From Clostridia bacterium (GTDB taxonomy: Bacteria > Bacillota > Clostridia > Oscillospirales > CAG-272), in the NCBI GenBank assembly GCA_017501545.1, contig JAFVWS010000023.1, positions 31,967-95,966 on the forward strand: a stretch of 64,000 nucleotides of DNA, in the 5' to 3' direction. The stretch's first letter is position 1. Each line of letters starts with the position of its first letter. A program made the position numbers and the translations under genes. Positions 1 to 8,544 of this stretch are shown piece after piece. Below the pieces are notes generated by a model. It was not told the DNA's origin. It did not search any database and worked only from the letters and a program-made list of their open reading frames with translations.

Positions 1-2346
1 AGCGAGGCTGAAATTGTGCGTGCTGTTTCTAAGGCTGGCTACTCTTGTAAAAAAGCATCAAGCCAAGGGGCTGATGAAAGCATTTTAAAGGACAAGGAAA
101 CCCCTATTCTACTAAAAAGGCTTATTATTTCAGTTGTCTTTTTACTGCCACTTATGTATTTTTCAATGGGCTCTCATTTTGGCATTTTGCCAAGCTTTAT
201 AAGGGACAAATATTTAGTGCTTGCCTTTATACAGTTCTTTCTCTCCCTTGTTATCTTAATTATCAATAAAAAATTCTTTATAAATGGCGTAAGAGGCGTT
301 TTTAAGCTTTCTCTTAATATGGACACCTTGGTTTCTCTTGGCTCTGGCGTTTCGTTTATTTACAGCACGGTGCTTCTTGTTTTGATGTGCATAAACGCAA
401 AAAACAGCGATTATTTAATGAACGTTTTTCACGAAAAGGGCTTGTACTTTGAGTCAGCCGCTATGATTTTGGCGCTTATCACAATAGGCAAAGCGCTTGA
501 AGCCTTTTCCAAGGGAAAAACAAAAAGCGCTCTTAAAAATCTAATCAAGCTAAAGCCAAAGAGTGCTACCTTGCTTCGTGACGAGACTGAAATAGAGGTT
601 CCCATTGAGGAAATTATGGTGGGCGATATATTCGTTGTCAAGGCGGGTGGTGCTGTCCCTGTTGATGGTGTGATTATTTCTGGCGCAGGCTCATTTGATG
701 AGTCGGCGCTGACTGGTGAGAGTATTCCCGCTGACAAATGCGAGGGCACAAAAATCTTTGCCTCATCCCTAAACACCTCTGGCTATGTGGTTGCAAGGGC
801 AAGCGAGGTTGGCGAGGAAACATCTCTTGCCAAAATTATAAAAACGGTCTCCGACGCAGTCTCAACAAAGGCTCCAATTGCAAAAATAGCCGACCGCGTG
901 TCTGGATTTTTCGTTCCTGTCGTTATAGGAATCGCTGTTTTGACAACTGTAATTTGGCTCATCTGTGGCGCTGATTTCGGCTACAGTCTTGAGCGAGGAA
1001 TTTCAGTGTTAGTTATAAGCTGTCCGTGCGCACTTGGGCTTGCAACCCCAGTTGCAATAATGGTTGGCAGTGGAATCGGTGCAAAAAAGGGAATTTTATT
1101 CAAGGACGCTGGCAAGCTTGAGGCGCTGGGCTCTTGTGATATAATTCTTCTTGACAAAACCGGTACAATTACCGAGGGCAAGCCTGAGGTAACTGACGTA
1201 ATAGAGCTTAACGCGGGCAAGGACGAGCTTTTAAAATACGCATACTCTCTTGAAAGAATGAGTGAGCACCCTCTTGCCAGTGCGATAAATGATTACGCAG
1301 AAAAAGCCTCTTTAGACCATTTTGAGGTAAGCGAGTTTAAAACGCTTTTGGGAAGTGGCGTATCAGCAAAAATAGATGGTGTGCCTTGCTTTGGCGCAAG
1401 CTATTCCTACACAACCGAAGTACTTGGAAAATCCGGAGTGTTAAGCGAGCATTTTGAGCGTCTTTCCACCGAAGGCAAGACCCCTTTGTTTTTTGTAAAA
1501 AACGACACTCCCCTCGGTATAATTGCCGTGCGCGACAAAATCAAGGACGATAGTCGCGAGGCAATCTCCAAGCTTAAAAGGATGGGACTTTACACTGTTA
1601 TTTTATCGGGCGACAACGAAAAAACCGCCAAGGCAGTAGCAAGCGAGGTGGAGGTTGACTCCTACATTGCAGGCGTTATGCCAGATGAGAAGGCGAAGGT
1701 GGTTGAGGATATGAAAAAGCGAGGTAAGGTTATTATGGTCGGCGACGGAATTAACGACTCCCCCGCCCTTGCAACCGCTGACGTTGGAATTGCAATAGGC
1801 GCAGGCACCGACGTTGCAATTGACACAGCAGATATCGTGCTTGTAAAAAGCAAGCTTAGCGACTGTGTAAGCGCCATTAAGCTTAGCCGTGCAACAATTA
1901 AAAACATCAAGGAAAACCTATTTTGGGCATTTATTTATAATTTGATAGGTATTCCTTTGGCAGCAGGCGCATTTATTTATATAACTAATGGCGTCTTAAC
2001 CCTTACGCCTGTGGTCGGCGCACTTGCAATGAGCCTTTCAAGCATTTGCGTTGTATTAAATGCCCTTAGGCTGAATCTATTTAACGAAAATCGAAAATAT
2101 TCTAAGAAAAGAAAAGCAATTAAAAAAGAGGTAGAAAGCACTATGGAAATTATTTTAAAGGTCGAAGGCATGATGTGCCATCACTGTGAAGCAAGAGTTA
2201 AGGACGCACTTCAAGCGATCAAGGGCGTTCTGGCTGCCGAGCCAAGCCACGAAAAGGGTGAGGTTAAAATCACTCTTAGCCGTGAGGTAGCAGTTAAAAA
2301 ATTAAAGGCTGTTATCGAAAAGCAGGGCTACAAGGTTACAGAATAA
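1..2346 (+). CDS. copA: Copper/heavy-metal P1B-type ATPase; the 5' end lies outside the window; carries an extra C-terminal HMA domain
   Basis: The frame is open from base 1, and SEAEIVRAVSKAGY is the tail of an N-terminal HMA. CPC motif SCPCALGLATP, phosphorylation site DKTGT, hinge GDGINDSPAL. C-terminal GMMCHHC HMA domain. Confidence 0.9.
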   Translation, partial: SEAEIVRAVSKAGYSCKKASSQGADESILKDKETPILLKRLIISVVFLLPLMYFSMGSHFGILPSFIRDKYLVLAFIQFFLSLVILIINKKFFINGVRGVFKLSLNMDTLVSLGSGVSFIYSTVLLVLMCINAKNSDYLMNVFHEKGLYFESAAMILALITIGKALEAFSKGKTKSALKNLIKLKPKSATLLRDETEIEVPIEEIMVGDIFVVKAGGAVPVDGVIISGAGSFDESALTGESIPADKCEGTKIFASSLNTSGYVVARASEVGEETSLAKIIKTVSDAVSTKAPIAKIADRVSGFFVPVVIGIAVLTTVIWLICGADFGYSLERGISVLVISCPCALGLATPVAIMVGSGIGAKKGILFKDAGKLEALGSCDIILLDKTGTITEGKPEVTDVIELNAGKDELLKYAYSLERMSEHPLASAINDYAEKASLDHFEVSEFKTLLGSGVSAKIDGVPCFGASYSYTTEVLGKSGVLSEHFERLSTEGKTPLFFVKNDTPLGIIAVRDKIKDDSREAISKLKRMGLYTVILSGDNEKTAKAVASEVEVDSYIAGVMPDEKAKVVEDMKKRGKVIMVGDGINDSPALATADVGIAIGAGTDVAIDTADIVLVKSKLSDCVSAIKLSRATIKNIKENLFWAFIYNLIGIPLAAGAFIYITNGVLTLTPVVGALAMSLSSICVVLNALRLNLFNENRKYSKKRKAIKKEVESTMEIILKVEGMMCHHCEARVKDALQAIKGVLAAEPSHEKGEVKITLSREVAVKKLKAVIEKQGYKVTE

Positions 2347-2347
2347 T

Positions 2348-2376
2348 AAAGCGCGCCATGATAGGCGCGTTTTTTA
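2348..2376 (+). terminator. Rho-independent terminator after copA
   Basis: GC-rich hairpin AAGCGCGCC-atgat-aGGCGCG followed by a T-run. Confidence 0.7.
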
Positions 2377-2377
2377 T

Positions 2378-2406
2378 TTGACAAAATCTACATTTTATGA
2401 TATAAT
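2378..2406 (+). promoter_or_regulatory. Sigma-A type promoter for the DtxR-family regulator gene
   Basis: TTGACA (2378-2383), 17-nt spacer, TATAAT (2401-2406). Confidence 0.6.
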
Positions 2407-2439
2407 AGCATAGTAGTCTAAGAAAAGGAGCGCCAACGT

Positions 2440-2808
2440 ATGATTATTAAGGAATCTGCCGAGAATTATCTTGAGTCAATTTTAGTTATAAAATCTGATA
2501 AGGGACACGTGCGCTCTATCGATATTGCAAACGACCTTGGCGTTTCAAAGCCAAGCGTTTCTGTGGCTATGAAAAACTTCCGTGAGGAGGGCTATATCAC
2601 CGTTGACCCCGACGGCTTTATCGACCTTACCGACAAGGGTCTGACAATTGCTAAGCGCGTATACGAAAGGCACCAAATTATCTCTGAGGCGCTAATGGCT
2701 CTTGGAGTTAGCCGTGAGACTGCTCTTGACGACAGCTGTAAAATTGAGCATGTTATAAGCGAGGAAAGCTTCCTCAAAATTAAGGAGTTTTTAAATTCTA
2801 AATCGTAA
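2440..2808 (+). CDS. Metal-dependent transcriptional regulator, DtxR/MntR family (short form without SH3-like domain)
   Basis: The N-terminus ESAENYLESILVI...GHVRSIDIANDLGVSKPSVSVAMKNF is a typical DtxR wHTH plus dimerisation helix. RBS AAGGAG lies upstream. Confidence 0.8.
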   Translation: MIIKESAENYLESILVIKSDKGHVRSIDIANDLGVSKPSVSVAMKNFREEGYITVDPDGFIDLTDKGLTIAKRVYERHQIISEALMALGVSRETALDDSCKIEHVISEESFLKIKEFLNSKS

Positions 2809-2875
2809 TTTTGGCGCGCATGGGCTTTTTCTTGTGTGCGCTTTTATATTTTAAATCTAAAAGGAGTGATTACCA

Positions 2876-3715
2876 ATGAGTGAGCTTGAAAAGGATACTC
2901 TTTTGCAAGGTGACGATGACAAGGTGGTCGAGGCTATAGCTGCTGACGAAAAGCCAGCCGAGACACAAGCGCCAAAGCCAGCCAATGCGCCAGTGCAAGA
3001 GGGTGAGCCAAATGACTTCATCGTTTACACCTATAAATTAACAAAGGACTACGGCAAAATGCTTGCCCTAAAAGGGGTAAGCCTAAATTTAACAAGGGGA
3101 AAGATAGTTGGTCTTCTCGGCCCTAACGGAAGTGGCAAGACAACGCTTATAAAAATTCTTTCAGGTCTTTTAACCAAGACTGACGGTGGCGTGCTTGTTG
3201 ACGGCAAGGAGATAGGCATTGAGACAAAGGCGGTCATTTCCTACCTTCCAGAAAGACCTTATTTCAGCTCTTGGATGAGGGTTGAGGACTGCATTAAGTA
3301 CTTTGAGGATTTCTACGAGGATTTCAGCCGAGAAACTGCCGAAAAAATGCTTTTAGACCTTGATATTGACAAATCAAAAAAGCTTCGCACCCTTTCAAAG
3401 GGAACAAAGGAAAAGGTACAGCTTGTTTTGGTTATGTCAAGAAAAGCAAAGCTTTATTTGCTTGACGAGCCTATTGCAGGCGTTGACCCTGCTGCGCGCG
3501 ATTACATTCTTGACACTATTATTTCCAGCTATAATAAGGAAGCAACCATTGTTATTTCCACACACTTAATTTCCGACATTGAAGGCGTGCTTGACGAATA
3601 CGTATTTATCAAAAACGGCGAAATTGTCGAGCATGGAAATGCAAAGGAATACGTAGAAAACAATGGTCAATCCCTTGATGAGCATTTTAGGGAGGTGTTT
3701 AAGTATGTTCGCTAA
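2876..3715 (+). CDS. ABC transporter ATP-binding protein with an acidic/proline-rich N-terminal extension
   Basis: Walker A GPNGSGKTT, signature-like LSKGTKEKV, Walker B LYLLDEP. RBS AAGGAG upstream. Confidence 0.85.
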   Translation: MSELEKDTLLQGDDDKVVEAIAADEKPAETQAPKPANAPVQEGEPNDFIVYTYKLTKDYGKMLALKGVSLNLTRGKIVGLLGPNGSGKTTLIKILSGLLTKTDGGVLVDGKEIGIETKAVISYLPERPYFSSWMRVEDCIKYFEDFYEDFSRETAEKMLLDLDIDKSKKLRTLSKGTKEKVQLVLVMSRKAKLYLLDEPIAGVDPAARDYILDTIISSYNKEATIVISTHLISDIEGVLDEYVFIKNGEIVEHGNAKEYVENNGQSLDEHFREVFKYVR

Positions 3716-4664
3716 GCTATTAAAATATGATATGAAGGCAACCAAGCGCATTGGAATACCTATGCTTATAGGCGTTTTAGCTGTTATTGTTCTTTCCGTA
3801 ATTAATTCGCTTTTCGGTGCATTTATAAGCGACGTTACATATCTTGAGCTTGAGGAGCTACCAAAGCTTTTCCAAGAAAGTGAGGGCGCACTTCTTGCCC
3901 TTACTGTTGCGTGCTTGCTTGGCACACTTGCATCTTACCTTCTTAACGTAATTTGCACAGCCCTTCTTTCAGCATCCGTAATTGCTATAATTGTAATTAA
4001 CCTTGTTAATTTTTACAAGTCACTAATCACTGACGAGGGATATTTGGCATTTACGTTGCCAGTTTCACAAAGTGAAATTCTTTCCTCAAAGATTATAAAT
4101 GCAATTATTTGGGACCTTTCCTTTGGCGCACTATATCTTGTTGGATTTTTGGCAAGCCAAGCGCCTACATTTATACGTTCAACCTATGTAAATATGGAAT
4201 ATATGCAGCTGCTTGACCCTGATTTTACATTCTGGGATTCACTAACCATGCAGTTTGGTCTTGAGGGCGTAAACGGCTTTAATATTTTAGCAGTACTGCT
4301 TTTGTTTGTTGCCTTTTACATTGCAATTACAATCGCGCTACAAATATTTATGTTCTTTACAGTGTTCCTCGGTGGCGTGGTTGCAAAAAAGCGCAAATTC
4401 CTTGCCTCAATCGGCTTTACCGCAGCAGGATATGGAACATATTACATTGTTGAATTAATTATAGTTGGCATAATTTTGGCAGTGTGCATTGTGTTCCTCT
4501 TCGTTGCAGATGCCGAGGTAATAACAGGCCTTGTGGCAGCAAATTTACTACTGCTTTCAGTAAACGTAATATTGCTTATTTCAATTATCGTTTTGGTGGG
4601 ACTATCTGTTTTATTCTATTTCCTAACAAAATGGCTAATGACCAAAAAGCTAAATCTACCATAA
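3705..4664 (+). CDS. Polytopic membrane protein, probable permease partner of the ABC ATPase
   Basis: ATG at 3705 is preceded by GGAGG (3691-3695) and overlaps the ATPase stop by 11 nt. Multiple hydrophobic helices. The 3663 start in the track has no RBS. Confidence 0.6.
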   Translation: MFAKLLKYDMKATKRIGIPMLIGVLAVIVLSVINSLFGAFISDVTYLELEELPKLFQESEGALLALTVACLLGTLASYLLNVICTALLSASVIAIIVINLVNFYKSLITDEGYLAFTLPVSQSEILSSKIINAIIWDLSFGALYLVGFLASQAPTFIRSTYVNMEYMQLLDPDFTFWDSLTMQFGLEGVNGFNILAVLLLFVAFYIAITIALQIFMFFTVFLGGVVAKKRKFLASIGFTAAGYGTYYIVELIIVGIILAVCIVFLFVADAEVITGLVAANLLLLSVNVILLISIIVLVGLSVLFYFLTKWLMTKKLNLP

Positions 4665-4667
4665 AAG

Positions 4668-4694
4668 AAAAGCGTCCCCTCGGGGCGCTTTTTA
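4668..4694 (+). terminator. Rho-independent terminator
   Basis: AGCGTCCCC-t-CGGGGCGCT hairpin followed by TTTTT. Confidence 0.7.
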
Positions 4695-4781
4695 TATTAT
4701 ATTTAAGTATGCTATAAGCACGCTTTTTCACTGACGAGCGCATTGCCTAATTTAAAAATTTTAAAAATTTTAAATTTCCTA

Positions 4782-4810
4782 TTGACAAACAAAATTTTAT
4801 GTGATAGAAT
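4782..4810 (+). promoter_or_regulatory. Sigma-A promoter of the tRNA operon with an upstream phased A/T-tract UP-like element
   Basis: TTGACA (4782-4787), 17 nt, TAGAAT (4805-4810). TTTAAAAATTTTAAAAATTTTAAATTT lies immediately upstream. Confidence 0.65.
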
Positions 4811-4833
4811 AAGGTGCGTTGCAGGACAACTAT

Positions 4834-4908
4834 GCTGGTGTGGCTCAATGGCAGAGCAGCTGATTTGTAATCAGCAGGTTGATGGTTCGACTCCGTTCAC
4901 CAGCTCCA
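4834..4908 (+). tRNA. tRNA-Thr (anticodon UGU), CCA encoded
   Basis: Manual cloverleaf: acceptor GCTGGTG/CACCAGC, D stem GCTC/GAGC, anticodon stem GCTGA/TCAGC with loop TTTGTAA, T loop TTCGACT, 3' TCCA. Confidence 0.85.
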
Positions 4909-4927
4909 AAGTCCTGCAACTTTTAAT

Positions 4928-5012
4928 GGGGGATTTCCCGAGCGGCCAAAGGGGGCAGACTGTAAATCTGTTGTCAACGACTTCGCTGGTCCGAATCCAG
5001 CATCCCCCACCA
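4928..5012 (+). tRNA. tRNA-Tyr (anticodon GUA), long variable arm, CCA encoded
   Basis: Acceptor GGGGGAT/ATCCCCC, anticodon loop CTGTAAA, long variable arm, T arm GCTGG-TCCGAAT-CCAGC, 3' ACCA. Confidence 0.9.
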
Positions 5013-5047
5013 AAAAAATCGACAAGTTTCGACTTGTCGATTTTTTT
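5013..5047 (+). terminator. Rho-independent terminator of the tRNA operon
   Basis: A-run, ATCGACAAG-tttcga-CTTGTCGAT hairpin, then T7 run. Confidence 0.8.
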
Positions 5048-5050
5048 ATT

Positions 5051-5447
5051 CAAGCCGCAGGCTTGGTATGTAATCACGCGTCAGCGTGTATGGTATCGCC
5101 GTAGGCGCATGGAATCATCAAAGGTGCATTTTCTGCGGCTTGATTCCATACCGTCTTGCAACGGATTCCATACAATGTTTTGCATTGATTCCATACACGC
5201 CTCACGGCGTGATGTGGCGCACGAGTTCAAGTCCATACGAAAACTCCCCGAAATATCTTTTTTGTTTATCCAAGCCGCAGGCTTGGTATATCATCACGAC
5301 GCAGTCGTGAATATCATCAGCCCCTTTGGGGCTGTATCTCATCACGCGCCTGCGTGCATCTTGCCTGCGGCTTGATGTTATACAACACTATATGTGTTGA
5401 TGATATGCAATTCCTATGGAATTGATGATATGCAAGGCTACGCCTTG
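5051..5447. repeat. Two tandem multi-hairpin units: variable short palindromes separated by constant linkers
   Basis: Both units start with CAAGCCGCAGGCTTG (5051, 5271) and contain its complement CTGCGGCTTG (5133, 5365). At least 13 hairpins of 4-7 bp, most with CA...TG ends. Linkers are GATTCCATAC (unit 1) and GATGATATG (unit 2), with their reverse complements in the first half of each unit. Confidence 0.7.
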
Positions 5448-5518
5448 ATTTATTTACAAAAGCATGGTATAATAAAGCCATCGATAAATAAGAATTTGAT
5501 AAGCGGAGGTAATTTATT

Positions 5519-6223
5519 ATGAAAAAAGCTTTGGTGCTTGTTCTGACATTTGTATTAGTTTTAGGATTAAGCAGTTGTGCACAGAAGGAATACGAATTAC
5601 CGTGGGATCACTTCTGCTATTCTGCTAACGACGGGAGTGTCATAGAGCTTTCCTCAGAACAAAAAGAGGTTATCATCGACTTGCTTAACAATGGTAAATG
5701 GTACGGAGAAATCGCAAAATGCACCTCCGACGTAAAGTTTGCAACGAAACGTCAAAGCATCGGTTATTGCATAAGTGAAGGAATCTTTAACGATTTCACT
5801 CAAAACAAATCTTTGCGACTTTCAGATGAAGATAGAAGTACAATTAATGGATATTTGGTAAAACAGGCGACAAAGTTGATCGATATTGAAAAATATAAGG
5901 CTCTTAAGATAGAGGATACGACATCTATTGAAGTGGTATACGATTATATTAAGGGCGAATTTACTACTTACGAATTTGTCATTGATAACCAAGAAACAAT
6001 CGAAGATATCATGACAGAAATAGTAAATATGGAACTTAAGAAGTATCCCGAAGATCAGGATATAGATTTTTATCAACGTTGGATTACCGTTAAACAAGGT
6101 GATAATGAATATCTCATCAACTTAGCATACGTTTCTGACAACTACGGAAACAGTTATTTGTGTCAATCTCAAACAGTGTGTGAAATTATTGAAAAATACA
6201 TTGAAGATAACTTGATTCAATAA
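5519..6223 (+). CDS. Hypothetical lipoprotein
   Basis: Signal peptide with lipobox MKKALVLVLTFVLVLGLSSC. RBS GGAGG upstream. No recognisable catalytic motif. Confidence 0.6.
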   Translation: MKKALVLVLTFVLVLGLSSCAQKEYELPWDHFCYSANDGSVIELSSEQKEVIIDLLNNGKWYGEIAKCTSDVKFATKRQSIGYCISEGIFNDFTQNKSLRLSDEDRSTINGYLVKQATKLIDIEKYKALKIEDTTSIEVVYDYIKGEFTTYEFVIDNQETIEDIMTEIVNMELKKYPEDQDIDFYQRWITVKQGDNEYLINLAYVSDNYGNSYLCQSQTVCEIIEKYIEDNLIQ

Positions 6224-6316
6224 CGTCAAACCCCAATTTGTCGGGCAGAAGCACAAAAAAATCAGACACCTTTTGTTCGTTCCCCCCCTGTTTAGACACC
6301 TTTTATCACGTTTAAG

Positions 6317-6356
6317 GCACAAAAAAAGGACACCAATTGGGTGTCCTTTTTTGTGC
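6317..6356. terminator. Bidirectional rho-independent terminator
   Basis: GCACAAAAAAAGGACACC-aatt-GGGTGTCCTTTTTTGTGC, an extended perfect palindrome with A and T runs on both sides. Confidence 0.7.
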
Positions 6357-6440
6357 TTTGAGCTATCGAATGCCAAGCCAAAATGCCTCGGCTATGCCGA
6401 GAATCCATCCTTGCCTGTATCTTTTTCTATACCCTATAAA

Positions 6441-6475
6441 ATTTAAAAGCCTCGGAAGCAGACTCCGAGGCTTTA
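6441..6475 (-). terminator. Terminator downstream of rny
   Basis: AGCCTCGGA-loop-TCCGAGGCT hairpin followed on the minus strand by a T-rich run. Confidence 0.7.
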
Positions 6476-6487
6476 TTTGTATAAAAA

Positions 6488-8041
6488 TTATTTTGCGTAG
6501 TCAACTACACGGCTTTCACGAATTAAGTTAACCTTGATTTGTCCAGGATACTCAAGCTCGCTTTCTATCTTCTTAACGATATCGCGTGCAACAAGTGCCA
6601 TTGTGTCATCCTTGATTTGCTCAGGCTTAACCATAATACGAATTTCACGACCTGCTTGAATTGCAAAGGTCTTTTCAACGCCATCAAAGCTATTAGCAAT
6701 TTCCTCAAGCTTTTGTAGACGCTTTATGTAGTTTTCAAGATTTTCACGTCTTGCGCCAAGTCTTGCCGCTGAAATTGCATCAGCTGCTTGAACGATAACG
6801 GCAATGATTGATTGTGGCTCAACATCATTATGGTGCGCCTCAATTGCGTGAACAATCTCGCGTGATTCCTTGTACTTCTTAGCTACGTCAACACCAATTT
6901 GTACGTGTGAGCCCTCGATTTCAGCAGTAAGTGCCTTACCAATATCGTGGAGCAAGCCCGCACGCTTAGCAAGAGTAACGTCTGCGCCAAGCTCAGCTGC
7001 CATAACACCAGCCAAGGTTGAAACCTCTACCGAGTGTGTAAGAACGTTTTGACCATAGCTTGTTCTGTATTTTAGACGGCCAAGGAGCTTAACAAGCTCA
7101 TTGTTAAGGCCGTGTACGCCTGTTTCAAAGGTAGCCTTTTCACCAGCCTGCTTAATTGTAGCCTCAACCTCACGACGTGCCTTTTCAACGGTCTCCTCAA
7201 TTCTTGTTGGGTGAATACGTCCATCTGAAATAAGCTTTTCAATTGAGAGTCTTGCAATTTCACGTCTAACTGGGTCAAAGCCAGAGATTGTAATTACCTC
7301 TGGGGTATCATCGATAATAAGCTCAACGCCTGTGAGGTTTTCAATAGCGCGTACGTTACGTCCCTCACGTCCGATAATTCTGCCCTTCATCTCATCATTT
7401 GGAAGTGCTACAACTGAAATTGTAGCCTCCGAAACGTGGTCTGCCGCGCATCTTGCAATAGCAAGTGAAATAATGTTTTTAGCCTTTTTATCAGCCTCTT
7501 CCTTAAATTCCTCCTCAAGCTCAATAAGCTTTTGCGCTTGCTCGTGCTTAACATCGTCCTCAAGTGCCTGAACGAGGGCAGCCTTGGCCTCCTCCGCTGA
7601 GTATCCTGAGATCTTTTCAAGTAATTTAAGCTGTGTTTCGTGTGCTTGTGATAGCTTTTCTTTGATTTCTTCTGTTTCTTTAACCTTGTTTGCCAACAAT
7701 TCTTCTTTCTTTTCTATTGCATCAACCTTACGGTCAAGGTTTTCTTCCTTGTTAGCAAGACGGGTTTCTTGACGGTTTAATTCTGAACGGCGCTCTCTAA
7801 CCTCAGCCTCAAGCTCTTTTCTTGAAGCAATAATTTCTTCCTTCGCCTCAAGCATATACTCTTTACGCTTGGTTTCTGCCGTTTTTATAGCATCCTCAAG
7901 TAGCTTCTTTGCTTGTGCTTCAGCTGAGCCTATCTGCTTTTCAGCAACAGCTTTTCTTATAATAAAGCCGGCTACAACACCAACGATTGCGCCAACTACT
8001 AAGCAACCTAAGCCAATGAGGAGTACAAAATACCATTCCAT
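6488..8041 (-). CDS. rny: Ribonuclease Y
   Basis: N-terminal TM helix, long charged coiled coil, KH domain ([13 protein letters not shown]), HD domain (LLHDIGK...HH). Confidence 0.92.
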   Translation of the reverse strand: MEWYFVLLIGLGCLVVGAIVGVVAGFIIRKAVAEKQIGSAEAQAKKLLEDAIKTAETKRKEYMLEAKEEIIASRKELEAEVRERRSELNRQETRLANKEENLDRKVDAIEKKEELLANKVKETEEIKEKLSQAHETQLKLLEKISGYSAEEAKAALVQALEDDVKHEQAQKLIELEEEFKEEADKKAKNIISLAIARCAADHVSEATISVVALPNDEMKGRIIGREGRNVRAIENLTGVELIIDDTPEVITISGFDPVRREIARLSIEKLISDGRIHPTRIEETVEKARREVEATIKQAGEKATFETGVHGLNNELVKLLGRLKYRTSYGQNVLTHSVEVSTLAGVMAAELGADVTLAKRAGLLHDIGKALTAEIEGSHVQIGVDVAKKYKESREIVHAIEAHHNDVEPQSIIAVIVQAADAISAARLGARRENLENYIKRLQKLEEIANSFDGVEKTFAIQAGREIRIMVKPEQIKDDTMALVARDIVKKIESELEYPGQIKVNLIRESRVVDYAK

Positions 8042-8098
8042 CTTGTTTACCTCCTATTAGATTTTCCTATGTGAAAGGTTTTTATCAAACCAAGTTTC

Positions 8099-8410
8099 AG
8101 CAAGCCAAGACCCCTTTCAAACGCGTCTAAGCCGTGCATTTAGCCAGCCGTGTAATCAAAAGTCTGTTCTTGCCTTTAACGCTTTTAGCAGACTTGCTCC
8201 TTGTAGTATTTTTATACAACTGCGTCACAATTCTACTAAAATCATTTAAAAATGCATCGGTTTAGATGCCTTGCAATTTCGAACAGCCAGTAGGCTTGTA
8301 GGCAAGGCATAAAAATCGAAGCAAATTAAAAAATTTACAAGATTTTTTAACATAGCATAGAAGACTACTGGCAGTTCCAAATCGCGTTTAGCCAGGGGTC
8401 TTGGTTTGCT
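8099..8410 (-). ncRNA. Candidate structured 5' leader RNA of rny, or alternatively a MITE-like inverted-repeat element
   Basis: Arms 8099-8125 and 8383-8410 are reverse complements (5+11 bp with one mismatch, an internal loop, then 7 bp) enclosing about 260 nt with further helices. A consensus promoter fires into the outer arm. Confidence 0.45.
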
Positions 8411-8412
8411 AC

Positions 8413-8441
8413 ATTATAATTTTATAATATATACTTGTCAA
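8413..8441 (-). promoter_or_regulatory. Sigma-A promoter driving the rny leader
   Basis: On the minus strand: TTGACA (8441-8436), 17 nt, TATAAT (8418-8413). A second TTGACA lies at 8447-8442. Confidence 0.65.
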
Positions 8442-8479
8442 TGTCAAGAGAAAAACCGAAAATAATTGCATTTTTCGAG

Positions 8480-8508
8480 TTGACACGCGCATAAATATAT
8501 TTTATAAT
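8480..8508 (+). promoter_or_regulatory. Sigma-A promoter for the flavin-reductase-like gene
   Basis: TTGACA (8480-8485), 17 nt, TATAAT (8503-8508). Confidence 0.6.
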
Positions 8509-8544
8509 TATTATAAGCGCTAAATGGCGCGAAGGGTGGTATTT

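Noticed and set aside
4743-5375. A 210-aa plus-strand ORF, with overlapping ORFs at 4871-5077 and 5086-5310, running across the tRNA genes and the hairpin array.
   Set aside because: It reads straight through two well-formed tRNAs, a terminator and palindromic repeats. It has no RBS and an implausible low-complexity translation. It is an artefact of stop-poor structured DNA.
5051-5447. Possibility that the hairpin arrays (also 57615-57815) are CRISPR arrays or integron attC arrays.
   Set aside because: The constant units are only 8-11 nt, and the variable units are themselves 13-28-nt palindromes. No cas or integron integrase genes are present. No attC R/L box pattern (GTTRRRY) is present.
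8099-8410. Possibility that the rny-upstream structured element is a known RNA: RNase P RNA, 6S RNA, tmRNA, SRP RNA, T-box or a c-di-AMP riboswitch.
   Set aside because: The universally conserved strings are absent: GAGGAAAGTCC and ACAGAA..GGCTTA for RNase P, the tRNA-like ends of tmRNA, and the T-box motif. The size does not fit 6S or SRP RNA. It is left as an unassigned candidate.
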